DNA from: Vampirovibrionaceae bacterium NZW_1234
GTDB taxonomy: Bacteria; Cyanobacteriota; Vampirovibrionia; Vampirovibrionales; JAGQHJ01
Length of the DNA: 64,000 nucleotides
Reading direction: 5' to 3'
Assembly: GCA_041697335.1 (NCBI GenBank)
Contig: JBGUGD010000002.1
Location: 32,001 to 96,000, forward strand
Shown piece after piece: positions 50,344 to 59,034 of this stretch; positions within the stretch are counted from its first letter, which is position 1; each line of letters starts with the position of its first letter. The position numbers and the translations under genes were made by a program. The notes under the pieces are model-generated. The model made no database searches, was not told the origin of the DNA, and saw nothing but the letters and a program-made list of their open reading frames with translations.

Positions 50344-51621
50344 ATGCCAAGAGGTGTTTTTCCCGGTCAATACATCAATAATCCTAATATTGATAAGCCC
50401 ATTGAAGAAATTTATGCTGACATTGATGGTTACTCATGGGAAATATATGAGGATGAACCACATTGGCATACATCCAGTATGCTTTTCTTTGTCGTTCTGC
50501 CCCCGTTGTTGTATGAGGGACGTTTTATTAAAGGATTGGCATTAAGTAATTGTACGGATATGCTGGTTGAACGTTATCCTTGGTTTACAGATTTATTTTT
50601 CCCAATAGCTTATTCTATGTTCTCTTCGTATCCATGGTCTGGTTTGGCTTCCGTATATTTTACGGGTTATGATAATCCTCATCGATTAGAGTATTACAAG
50701 CGAACACACCCTGGTCGTGCGCACAAGACATTTGTCCCTTTAGAAGATTCTGATTTTATTAATGAATATGTATTCGCACCATTTCCTGGTATAGAAAAAG
50801 ATATAGACGTGCTGTGTGTTTCTAGACCATCTTTAGAAAAAAATCTTCATGTCGTGGCCAAAGCCATCAAAATCTATCACGAAAAGTATGGTCAAAAAAT
50901 ACGAATGACATTTTTAGGTGGGCGTAACTTTGACTTAAACCTTAATGGTATGGTGCCTCCGGAAAGAGATGTTTATAAACTGATTGAAGAGGCTGTTACG
51001 CATCCACGTGATTACATTAATTTTATTCCTGTTGAGATTCAAGATAAGGGTGCTTTAGCCAGTTTATATAGCAGGGCAAAAGTTTGTGTGCTGGGCTCAC
51101 TTATCGAAGGAAAAAACAGAAGCCTCAAAGAAGCAATGCTCTGTAATACTGCTGTCGTCTGTTTTAAACAGTTTAATCAATATACCCGAGCAGATGAAGA
51201 GGTCTTTCCATCAGGAGCCGGTATGTATGCTCCCGAGTTTGATCCTGAAATAATGGCAGAAACAATTCATGACGTTATAAATAATCTAGGTGATTTCAAA
51301 CCTCGACAAAGCTATCTGCCTACTTCAGGCAGACGTCGGTTTTTTAATAAGTGTGTTGATGCCATGCCCTATTATCATGAAGGTATTTTGGAATATGAGC
51401 CTGGTAAAAATCATTTAAATATTTGGCTGGATTTAGCGATGCATTCTATGTATCAAGTTGGAATCGAAGATTATATTTATGAGAAGCATACAAGAATTTC
51501 ATTTGCACGTGGACCAGAGCAGATTGAAGAGTTAATTAATTACTATGGTGTTCGCTTTGGAATCCGTCATCCATCTGTTTTAGACAAAAATAAGTCAGGA
51601 TCACAAGAGGTGTCTGTATAA
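50344..51621 (+). CDS. GT-B glycosyltransferase, GT4-like (paralog 2)
   Basis: RBS AGGAG; DVLCVSRPSLEKN and EGKNRSLKEAMLCNTAV. Collinear with paralog 1. Confidence 0.88.
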   Translation: MPRGVFPGQYINNPNIDKPIEEIYADIDGYSWEIYEDEPHWHTSSMLFFVVLPPLLYEGRFIKGLALSNCTDMLVERYPWFTDLFFPIAYSMFSSYPWSGLASVYFTGYDNPHRLEYYKRTHPGRAHKTFVPLEDSDFINEYVFAPFPGIEKDIDVLCVSRPSLEKNLHVVAKAIKIYHEKYGQKIRMTFLGGRNFDLNLNGMVPPERDVYKLIEEAVTHPRDYINFIPVEIQDKGALASLYSRAKVCVLGSLIEGKNRSLKEAMLCNTAVVCFKQFNQYTRADEEVFPSGAGMYAPEFDPEIMAETIHDVINNLGDFKPRQSYLPTSGRRRFFNKCVDAMPYYHEGILEYEPGKNHLNIWLDLAMHSMYQVGIEDYIYEKHTRISFARGPEQIEELINYYGVRFGIRHPSVLDKNKSGSQEVSV

Positions 51622-52874
51622 TGCCTGCCGGAAGATTTCCTTATGAGTATTTCAAAGATCCTCATATTCAAAAGCCAATTGAACAAATTTACCAGGATAT
51701 CAATGGGTATACTTGGGAAACTACTGACGACGATTCCGAGTTATGGCATGGCGAATCTTTCATCCAGGTTGTTTTGCCACCACTGCAAATGGATGGACTT
51801 TGTGTAAAAGGGATCTTTTATTCGAATGCTGTTGATGTCATTCTTCGGCGATACCCCTGGCTCTCTGATCTATTTCATACCATAGGTTCTTCGATGTTTA
51901 GCTCTTATAGTTGGTCTCGAAAAGCTGACGTATTATTTTCTGTTTATAATAATCCACATCGTGATAATTGGTTTCGCAACCAGGAGCCTGCTCGCCATCA
52001 TCAACTGTTATTCCCGTTACTTGATTCCGACTTTTTAAATGAATTAACCTTCTGTCCCTTGAATGTAGCTGAGAAGGATATAGATGTTTTATGCATTAGT
52101 CGATTGAATCCCGACAAAAATCTTGAGGTGGTTGCAAAAGCTATCCAGATTTTAAATAAGAAATACAATGCTTCTGTCCGCATGACGCTGATTACAGGTC
52201 AGAAAATGGATTTAAATCTACAATATATACGACCTAATGAGCGTGAGGAGTTTTATAAAATTGAGTCTGCCGTAGAACATTTTAGAGATTATATTGATGT
52301 GGTATTAGACCGTATATTTGATCCTACAGAACTTGCTCGATACTATTCCCGAGCGAAAGTTTGTGTTCTTGGCTCATTGCTGGAAGGTCGTAACCGATGC
52401 ATCCGAGAAGCTATATCTTGTAACACTCCTGTTGTGTGTTTCAAGCAGTTGAATCAGTATGCTCGTGGAGATCAACCGGAGCTTCCAGATGGAGCGGCAA
52501 TGTATGCTCCAGAATTTGATGCCGAGATTTTAGCAGACACCTTATATGAAGCGTTGAATCATCGAGATAGTTTTCATCCTAGGAAAGCCTTTTTGCGTCA
52601 CTTTGGCCGTAAGACTTTCTTAAACCAATGTTTAAATCTCATACCTCACTATCGAGAAGTCTTACCAGATTTTTCAGAATATGATAATTATTCAAACGAT
52701 TGGTTAAACATGGCTATCTACCAACAATATGAAAAGAGTTTCCATGATTTACTTTATGATAAACAAGTAGAACTGACCTATGCAAAAGGCATGAATAATA
52801 TAGAAGCTTTTGCAGAAAATTTTGGTTATAAGTTTGGTATTCTTAAAAAAGAAGTAAAACCTATATTACGTTAG
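51621..52874 (+). CDS. GT-B glycosyltransferase, GT4-like (paralog 3)
   Basis: TAATG coupling to paralog 2; DVLCISRLNPDKN and EGRNRCIREAISCNTPV. Confidence 0.88.
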   Translation: MPAGRFPYEYFKDPHIQKPIEQIYQDINGYTWETTDDDSELWHGESFIQVVLPPLQMDGLCVKGIFYSNAVDVILRRYPWLSDLFHTIGSSMFSSYSWSRKADVLFSVYNNPHRDNWFRNQEPARHHQLLFPLLDSDFLNELTFCPLNVAEKDIDVLCISRLNPDKNLEVVAKAIQILNKKYNASVRMTLITGQKMDLNLQYIRPNEREEFYKIESAVEHFRDYIDVVLDRIFDPTELARYYSRAKVCVLGSLLEGRNRCIREAISCNTPVVCFKQLNQYARGDQPELPDGAAMYAPEFDAEILADTLYEALNHRDSFHPRKAFLRHFGRKTFLNQCLNLIPHYREVLPDFSEYDNYSNDWLNMAIYQQYEKSFHDLLYDKQVELTYAKGMNNIEAFAENFGYKFGILKKEVKPILR

Positions 52875-52903
52875 ATAGGTCTTACTTCGGTTCGTTTTTT
52901 TAA

Positions 52904-55579
52904 TTAACATCGTGGGGGTGGCGGAGTGTAACATGGTGGTGGTGGAGGGCACACAGGGACGCACTGTGTGGGTATCCAAGTTTGTGTGACCACATTGTTT
53001 GTGCCCACAATCGTGGATTGAATATAGGTTGTAATAAAGGAAACATTTTGAACGGTATGTGTGACCGTGCTTTGAATGTTGGATTGATATGCAATCTGAG
53101 TATTGTATGTAGAGTTGTATTGTGATGGGACGTATGTTGTATGGTTGTTTTGCGTCCAATAACCTGATTGGAGTGCAACTTGAGTATTATAGGTGACATT
53201 GTATTGCGTGGGGATAGTCGACGTGTAATTACTTTGTGTCCAATATCCAGATTGTACTGGAACTTGCGTATTATAGGTAATATTACTTTGTGTCGGTATG
53301 TAGACCGTGTGATTGGTCTGCTGCCAATACCCCGATGCATAGGCAATTTGAGTACTAACCGGGGTATAGACATATCCTGAATGATAGGCAGTATGATAAA
53401 CAGATACGTAATAGCCTGATGAATAATGATAAGTTGTTGGATACCATGTTGGTAAGACTGCTGAATAGTAAGCACTTATATAGTAACCTGATTCAACGTA
53501 ATACGACGTGGAATACGTTTCCGTTATTTGGACGTGACTGGTATACGAGACGTAGTGACTACCTGTAATGGTAGTGGTGTAGGGTGAAGGAATATGCGTT
53601 GATCCATAGACCGTGACATAGGATTCTGGCACCCAAGAGTTGTAATACCATGTGCTGAGCGTTGGTACATCGTATGAGGTCGTGAAGGGTGAAGGAATAT
53701 GCGTTGATCCATAGACCGTGACATAGGTTTCCGGTACCCAAGAGTTGTAATACCATGTGCTGAGCGTTGGCATGTCGACCCAAGTGGGGTGAGGGGACGG
53801 TATATGGGTTGACTCAGTAACCCAGACATAGGATTCTGGCACCCAAGAGTTGTAATACCATGTGCTTAGCGTTGGCATGTCAACCCATGACTCGTATGAG
53901 GATGGGACATATGTCGAATCATAAACCGTGGTATAGTACCCCGTGGCACTGTATTGATCGCTTCCGGGTACCCAGGAGTTGTAATACCAAGTGCTCAGTG
54001 TCGGCATGTCAACCCATGTCGGGTAAGACGACGGGACATAGGTGGAGTCATAATGTGACACATAATATCCCGGAATTTGAGAGTTATAGCTCCAAGTGCT
54101 GAGCGTTGGCAGATCAATCCATGATTCAACAGGCGATGGGACATAGGTGGAGTCATAATGTGACACATAGTATCCCGGAATTTGAGAATGGTAATACCAG
54201 GTGCTTAAGGTGGGGACATCATAGGTTGTCGTGACTGTCGATGGGACATAAGTGGACCCATGATGACTGACATAATATCCCGGAATTTGAGAATTGTAAT
54301 ACCTGGTACTTAAGGTGGGGACATCATAGGTTGTCGTGTAAGAGCCATAGACCCAATGACCTGAGTTGTAAGTACTTGTGTAATGGCTCGTATAAGTACC
54401 TGAATAAACATAACTGCTTCTATGCCATTGTTCTATATACCAATGACTTGTGTAATGGCTTGCATAGGTTGAATGGATTGTATAATTTTGAGGAACCCAG
54501 GAGTTGTGATAGCCTGCACTGGCGTACACTGTAGCATAACTGGAAATGTAGTTGCTTGTGTAATGCAGAATAGTGGGTACCCAATTGTTGACCACATAGT
54601 TGCTGGTCGTTACGCCGTTAATTTGACTTGTATAGGTGCTTTGGACGTTGTAGATGCTTGGTGTCCAAGCGCTGGTGGTGTAGTTGCTTGCCACAACAGA
54701 GTTGATGGCGCTAGTGTAAGTGCTTTGGACGTTATAGATACTTGGGCTCCAGTCATTGGTAACATAATTACTGGGGGTTACTGTTGCCACCGCAGTGGTA
54801 TAGGTGCTGTTTTGATACAGCGTTACAGGGACCCATTCGTTGGTTGTGTAATTGCTTTGCGTATAGATTGCTGACTGCACAGGTACTTGGCTGTTATAAG
54901 TGTAGGATGACTGTGTGACCACCTGTGACCAGTAGCCATCGGTGTAGCCGGTATTGCAATTGTTTTGATAATTGCCGTAATTCCAGTTCCAATAGCCATT
55001 ATTATTGTTGTTGCTTATGCCATTATTGCCGCCAATGACAATGTTATTTACGAAATTGCCGGCATTGCCAAAATTATTGCCAATGTTAATGCCACTGATG
55101 TTTGGAACCCAGGTATTGTTGCTTAAGTCGGTGTTGGTTGTTTGAAAGGAATTCTTCTTATCGAATAATTCGCTTAACAAGAACATGGCCAACATGTTGT
55201 TGTTATTGTTGACCGGACGCTGTTGTTGTCTGGGTGCGAAAAAGTTATTGGTACGGCGGGTTGTATTTAATCCAAAACGATTCGTGGTGTTCTGAGTTTG
55301 GGTATTGGTATTAAAGAAACTGAAAGGCGAGCGTAATTGGTAGTTCCCTGCTGCGGCATAGGCTGCAGCATTTGTATTGTTAGTGGCAGGTCTTCGGTTG
55401 AAGAAATTGCTGGTTCTGTTGGTGGTATTATTCATGCCCCCGGTAAAATACCGGAAGTCATTTGGAACTGCCTCTGGCTGGGCATATGGAGTCGGACTAC
55501 CAAATGGATTTGAGCCGAAATCGACTCCACCCATTTGGGGGTCCCATGGTCTATTAATGCCAAAACGTGAGGTTGACAT
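52904..55579 (-). CDS. Tyr/Thr/Ser/Trp-rich repeat protein, predicted giant antiparallel beta-hairpin
   Basis: Long ORF with synonymously diverged 28-aa and 35-aa repeats and a Cys/Pro-rich C-terminus. Start at ATG 55579 (MSTSRFG) or a nearby GTG. Confidence 0.9.
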   Translation of the reverse strand: MSTSRFGINRPWDPQMGGVDFGSNPFGSPTPYAQPEAVPNDFRYFTGGMNNTTNRTSNFFNRRPATNNTNAAAYAAAGNYQLRSPFSFFNTNTQTQNTTNRFGLNTTRRTNNFFAPRQQQRPVNNNNNMLAMFLLSELFDKKNSFQTTNTDLSNNTWVPNISGINIGNNFGNAGNFVNNIVIGGNNGISNNNNNGYWNWNYGNYQNNCNTGYTDGYWSQVVTQSSYTYNSQVPVQSAIYTQSNYTTNEWVPVTLYQNSTYTTAVATVTPSNYVTNDWSPSIYNVQSTYTSAINSVVASNYTTSAWTPSIYNVQSTYTSQINGVTTSNYVVNNWVPTILHYTSNYISSYATVYASAGYHNSWVPQNYTIHSTYASHYTSHWYIEQWHRSSYVYSGTYTSHYTSTYNSGHWVYGSYTTTYDVPTLSTRYYNSQIPGYYVSHHGSTYVPSTVTTTYDVPTLSTWYYHSQIPGYYVSHYDSTYVPSPVESWIDLPTLSTWSYNSQIPGYYVSHYDSTYVPSSYPTWVDMPTLSTWYYNSWVPGSDQYSATGYYTTVYDSTYVPSSYESWVDMPTLSTWYYNSWVPESYVWVTESTHIPSPHPTWVDMPTLSTWYYNSWVPETYVTVYGSTHIPSPFTTSYDVPTLSTWYYNSWVPESYVTVYGSTHIPSPYTTTITGSHYVSYTSHVQITETYSTSYYVESGYYISAYYSAVLPTWYPTTYHYSSGYYVSVYHTAYHSGYVYTPVSTQIAYASGYWQQTNHTVYIPTQSNITYNTQVPVQSGYWTQSNYTSTIPTQYNVTYNTQVALQSGYWTQNNHTTYVPSQYNSTYNTQIAYQSNIQSTVTHTVQNVSFITTYIQSTIVGTNNVVTQTWIPTQCVPVCPPPPPCYTPPPPRC
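53570..54328 (-). repeat. Seven coding tandem repeats of 105 bp (35 aa); the central copy has an 8-aa insertion
   Basis: xDxPTLST(W/R)xY(N/H)S(Q/W)(I/V)P…ST(Y/H)(V/I)PS occurs seven times. Confidence 0.9.
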
Positions 55580-55664
55580 TGACACACACACTCCATGTAC
55601 TACAAAAGAATAAAAACATGGATGTTGCAGTTATTTACTATTTATATCTAAAAAATATAATATA

Positions 55665-55682
55665 TTTACAAAATTTTACAAT
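55665..55682 (+). promoter_or_regulatory. Perfect HLR1-consensus direct repeat upstream of the hairpin-protein gene
   Basis: TTTACAAA-AT-TTTACAAT matches KTTACAWW-N2-KTTACAWW, although the context is AT-rich. Confidence 0.4.
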
Positions 55683-55769
55683 TTGAGACCGACTTTGTCA
55701 GGAAGTCTTTCCAGAGCTTTCTCTTTTGAAATGAAATAATTCTTGATCAAACTATCTGAAAAAGGATTC

Positions 55770-55973
55770 TTACAGGGGCTTTAGGGGGACGAGTTGGGTG
55801 AAGGGGGTTTTATGGAAGGTGTTGCCGTAGGAGAAATAAAGCACGGAGCCTAGGGTGAAGAACACGCAGAGGATAGTGATGGCTTCCAATGCCAATACGC
55901 CCAACTGGCTGAGCTGCTCTGTGGGTGAGAGCACTTTGGGTAGGGTATTGGATGGGCTTGGTGTGGGCCACAT
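55770..55973 (-). CDS. Possible small membrane protein (67 aa)
   Basis: RBS GGAGG; one hydrophobic helix. Confidence 0.5.
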   Translation of the reverse strand: MWPTPSPSNTLPKVLSPTEQLSQLGVLALEAITILCVFFTLGSVLYFSYGNTFHKTPFTQLVPLKPL

Positions 55974-56180
55974 GGGAGGGTCTGCCTCCAGGTTGGTGTG
56001 TGTCCCACTTTAGCGGATGTTGTATGACGGGACATCGGACACTTGAGGAGGGAAAACAAAGCCAGAGTTCGAGAATTAGCCTGTTGTGGGGGGAAGACAA
56101 TAAGGAACTAAGCTACACTATTGAGTGAACAGCATGTTGCTTAAGTGGGCAAAGCACTGGGTAGGGAGGGGGATGTACGG

Positions 56181-56636
56181 ATGATTAGCTATAGTAAGTG
56201 CATTGATGTGAATGTGTCTTGTGAGGATTGTTTTCGCTTGTGGTCGGATGTGGAAGATTATCCTCGCTTTATCCCGTTTTTTGAGAGTGTCCAGAAGGTT
56301 GCAGCTCGGCCAAATCGGTATCATTGCCGCTGGCGGTTAGAATCGGGACGTCGCACGACATGTGATATTGAGGTGGATGAAATGGTGTCTTTCGATCGGG
56401 TTGTGTTTCATACCGTGGGGTGTGATTTCCCGGATCATTGCTTCAAGGTCTCTTTTCGGCCGTTAGGGCAGGAGCGGACTCAGGTTGAATTGGTCATGAC
56501 GTCCAATGAGCTGATGGATGAACTGTTCGATAACCCGGACTGGGTTTTGGATGATGTATTGCTGCGATTTCATAATCTGGCGGAGCGGCGTATTCCATAC
56601 CCGCATCTTTCAGAAGAACAACATTCGCGCAGCTAA
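56181..56636 (+). CDS. SRPBCC/START (polyketide cyclase-like) protein
   Basis: IDVNVSCEDCFRLWSDVEDYPRFIPFFESV and VSFRPLGQERTQVEL. Confidence 0.85.
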   Translation: MISYSKCIDVNVSCEDCFRLWSDVEDYPRFIPFFESVQKVAARPNRYHCRWRLESGRRTTCDIEVDEMVSFDRVVFHTVGCDFPDHCFKVSFRPLGQERTQVELVMTSNELMDELFDNPDWVLDDVLLRFHNLAERRIPYPHLSEEQHSRS

Positions 56637-56708
56637 CCTGGGACCAAGTAACACGGCCAACCCCGACTGGGAGGTTGGCCGTGTTCAGGATCAAATTATT
56701 GGGATAAT

Positions 56709-58964
56709 TTAGAGTTTAAAGTTACTGACCAGGTGCTCCAGATCGGCTGCCAGCTTGGCCAGCTCCTGAGAGGTTTGCTGAACTTCGACGGCACATTGTG
56801 TGGTTAAACTCGAGGTCGACTGAAGCTGATCGATTTGGTTTGCCATACCCGAGGTGTTCGAGGCCGATTTGGAGGCGCTGCTTGCGACCTCGTTGGTACC
56901 CTGGCTCAGCTGGTTGAGATTCTCCGTGATCTGCTTGATGCCCACAATGGATTCTTTGATTTTGAGAGCGACTTCACTCATCTTCTGAGCGCTATCCTGG
57001 ACATTGGTGGTCAGGTTGTTTGCCGTGTGGGCGGTCTTTGTGACACTGCGGCTGATTTCGGTCATGGTTGCCGTTTGCTCTTCAACGGCACTGGCAATGG
57101 TGCCGTTGATGTGGCTGATTTCACCGATGACGGCCGTAATGCCGTGAATGGCTTCAATGGCAGAACTGGTATTCATCTGGACTGCCTGAATTTGGTTGCG
57201 AATGTCTTCGGTGGCTTCTGCGGATTGCTTGGCCAGTTCCTTGACTTCGTTGGCCACGACAGCGAAGCCTTTGCCCGCTTCACCGGCACTGGCGGCTTCA
57301 ATGGTGGCGTTCAGCGCCAGCAGATTCGTTTGGGAGGCGATGCTCTTAATGACGTCCACGACATTCTCAATCTGCTTCGCCGCTTGGCTTAAGGAGTCCA
57401 CGGTTTGCAGCGAGATTTGAGCTTTTTGCTGTGCATCGATGGACACCTGTGAAGCTTGGCTCGCATTTCGGGCGACTTCATTCAGTGAGGCGTTCATCTC
57501 TTCAATGGCCGCCGCCACGGTATTTACCGAGGCGTTCATATCCTCGGAAGCAGCGGCAACAAAGTTCATGTTCTCGGAAAGCTGGTCCACGACCTTTTCA
57601 ACCACGGTATTGTTCTGGTAGATTTTGTCGCTGGTGTGGAACACTTCTTTCAGGTTGGATGAGGACTCCTCAATGGCCGCTGCCACGGTTTTCATATCAA
57701 AATCGATTTCACCCGTGAGGCTTGAAGCAACGGCGGAGGCTTGGTTCAGACTGTCGGCACTGATTTTCATCTGCTCCGACGTGAGCGAGAGTTCTTCTGA
57801 AGCGGAGGCAATGGTGTTGACATCATCCCGAATGCCGCCGATGAGCTTTGCAAAATCCTTGGCCATCCGGTTGATAGAGACACCGAGCATATTGAGCTCG
57901 TCTTTGGTGGCCAGTTCCATGCGGGCGGTCAGATCACCGCTGGCCAGTTGCTTTGAGGTCTCGGCCAGGGATTGAACGGCATCCTTCACGGAGAGATAGA
58001 AGCCCATTAATAAATAGCTGATGATCAACAGCATCATGACGGTGACCACTGCCGCAATAATGAGCGGTACGGGTTTTTTGTTGACCCGAACCTCAATGAG
58101 GTTTTCCAATGCCTTGGATTGTTCGATGAAAACCGTGTTGGTCTTTGCCAGGGCATCCCCGGTCATGGTGTTAATCTGGTTGCGTTCTGCCGCGGTGACC
58201 TGTTGATTGGTGATGACGGTTTCGAACACTTTGGCATACGCGTCCATGGCGTTGAAGAAGGGATCGGTGTGCTTGCTGAGGGTTGCTTTTAATGCATCCG
58301 GCGAGGCGGTCTCACGGTAACTGACATCAAGGTTGCTTTTGACGGTTCCCGCTTTATCGGAAAGGGCATTCTTGAGGCCGGCCAGCTTGAGTGTCTGCTC
58401 CAGTGTCAGCGGTGTTCCCAGAGGCAGGGAATTGGTATATTCCTGAAGATCGAGAATGTTTTTCTCAATTTGGGCGAGTCGCAATACCACGCTGTCCATT
58501 AAATAATAGGTATCCAGATCGGGATCCAGGATCAGGTTGGATTTGTCACCGACATAGGTTAAGAGGCCAATAGCTGCATCGGCCGTAGATAGGCGCTGCT
58601 CCATGGATTCTGGCTTTTTGGCCAGCGCTGTTTTGGTATTCGGCCACTGTTCCTGCAGGGACAAAGTGCTATTGTACTTGTTGCTCAGCGCCTCAAGGGA
58701 TTCCATGTTTTTTGAGACGGCATCATCGTTTTGGCTGAGCAGGTTATACAGCACGTTGTTGAGGGCCATGTTGTATTCGATCCCGATTTCTTCTTTCTGG
58801 GAGAATTCAATGTCCTTGAGCACGGTGGTGACAAATTGGTACATGGGGAACGTTAAGACCACGATGAACATGATGGAAATGAGGGTGAACTTCTTGGGGT
58901 AGGTTAGTTTGTTCATCAGGTTGACAGAAAGATTGAACCAGGAATGATTGGATTGGGTTTGCAT
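56709..58964 (-). CDS. Methyl-accepting chemotaxis protein
   Basis: Two TM helices, a HAMP domain, and [37 protein letters not shown]. Confidence 0.97.
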   Translation of the reverse strand: MQTQSNHSWFNLSVNLMNKLTYPKKFTLISIMFIVVLTFPMYQFVTTVLKDIEFSQKEEIGIEYNMALNNVLYNLLSQNDDAVSKNMESLEALSNKYNSTLSLQEQWPNTKTALAKKPESMEQRLSTADAAIGLLTYVGDKSNLILDPDLDTYYLMDSVVLRLAQIEKNILDLQEYTNSLPLGTPLTLEQTLKLAGLKNALSDKAGTVKSNLDVSYRETASPDALKATLSKHTDPFFNAMDAYAKVFETVITNQQVTAAERNQINTMTGDALAKTNTVFIEQSKALENLIEVRVNKKPVPLIIAAVVTVMMLLIISYLLMGFYLSVKDAVQSLAETSKQLASGDLTARMELATKDELNMLGVSINRMAKDFAKLIGGIRDDVNTIASASEELSLTSEQMKISADSLNQASAVASSLTGEIDFDMKTVAAAIEESSSNLKEVFHTSDKIYQNNTVVEKVVDQLSENMNFVAAASEDMNASVNTVAAAIEEMNASLNEVARNASQASQVSIDAQQKAQISLQTVDSLSQAAKQIENVVDVIKSIASQTNLLALNATIEAASAGEAGKGFAVVANEVKELAKQSAEATEDIRNQIQAVQMNTSSAIEAIHGITAVIGEISHINGTIASAVEEQTATMTEISRSVTKTAHTANNLTTNVQDSAQKMSEVALKIKESIVGIKQITENLNQLSQGTNEVASSASKSASNTSGMANQIDQLQSTSSLTTQCAVEVQQTSQELAKLAADLEHLVSNFKL

Positions 58965-59034
58965 GTGATGGACTCCCGTGCTGAAAGGACGTGAAATACT
59001 GAAATGGATTACCGTGCAATAAGCTTAGGATGGC

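Noticed and set aside
53570..54328. 105-bp repeats as a non-coding array or misassembly
   Set aside because: The copies are in frame, diverge largely at synonymous positions and keep an exact mirrored protein register, so they are coding and unlikely to be artefactual.
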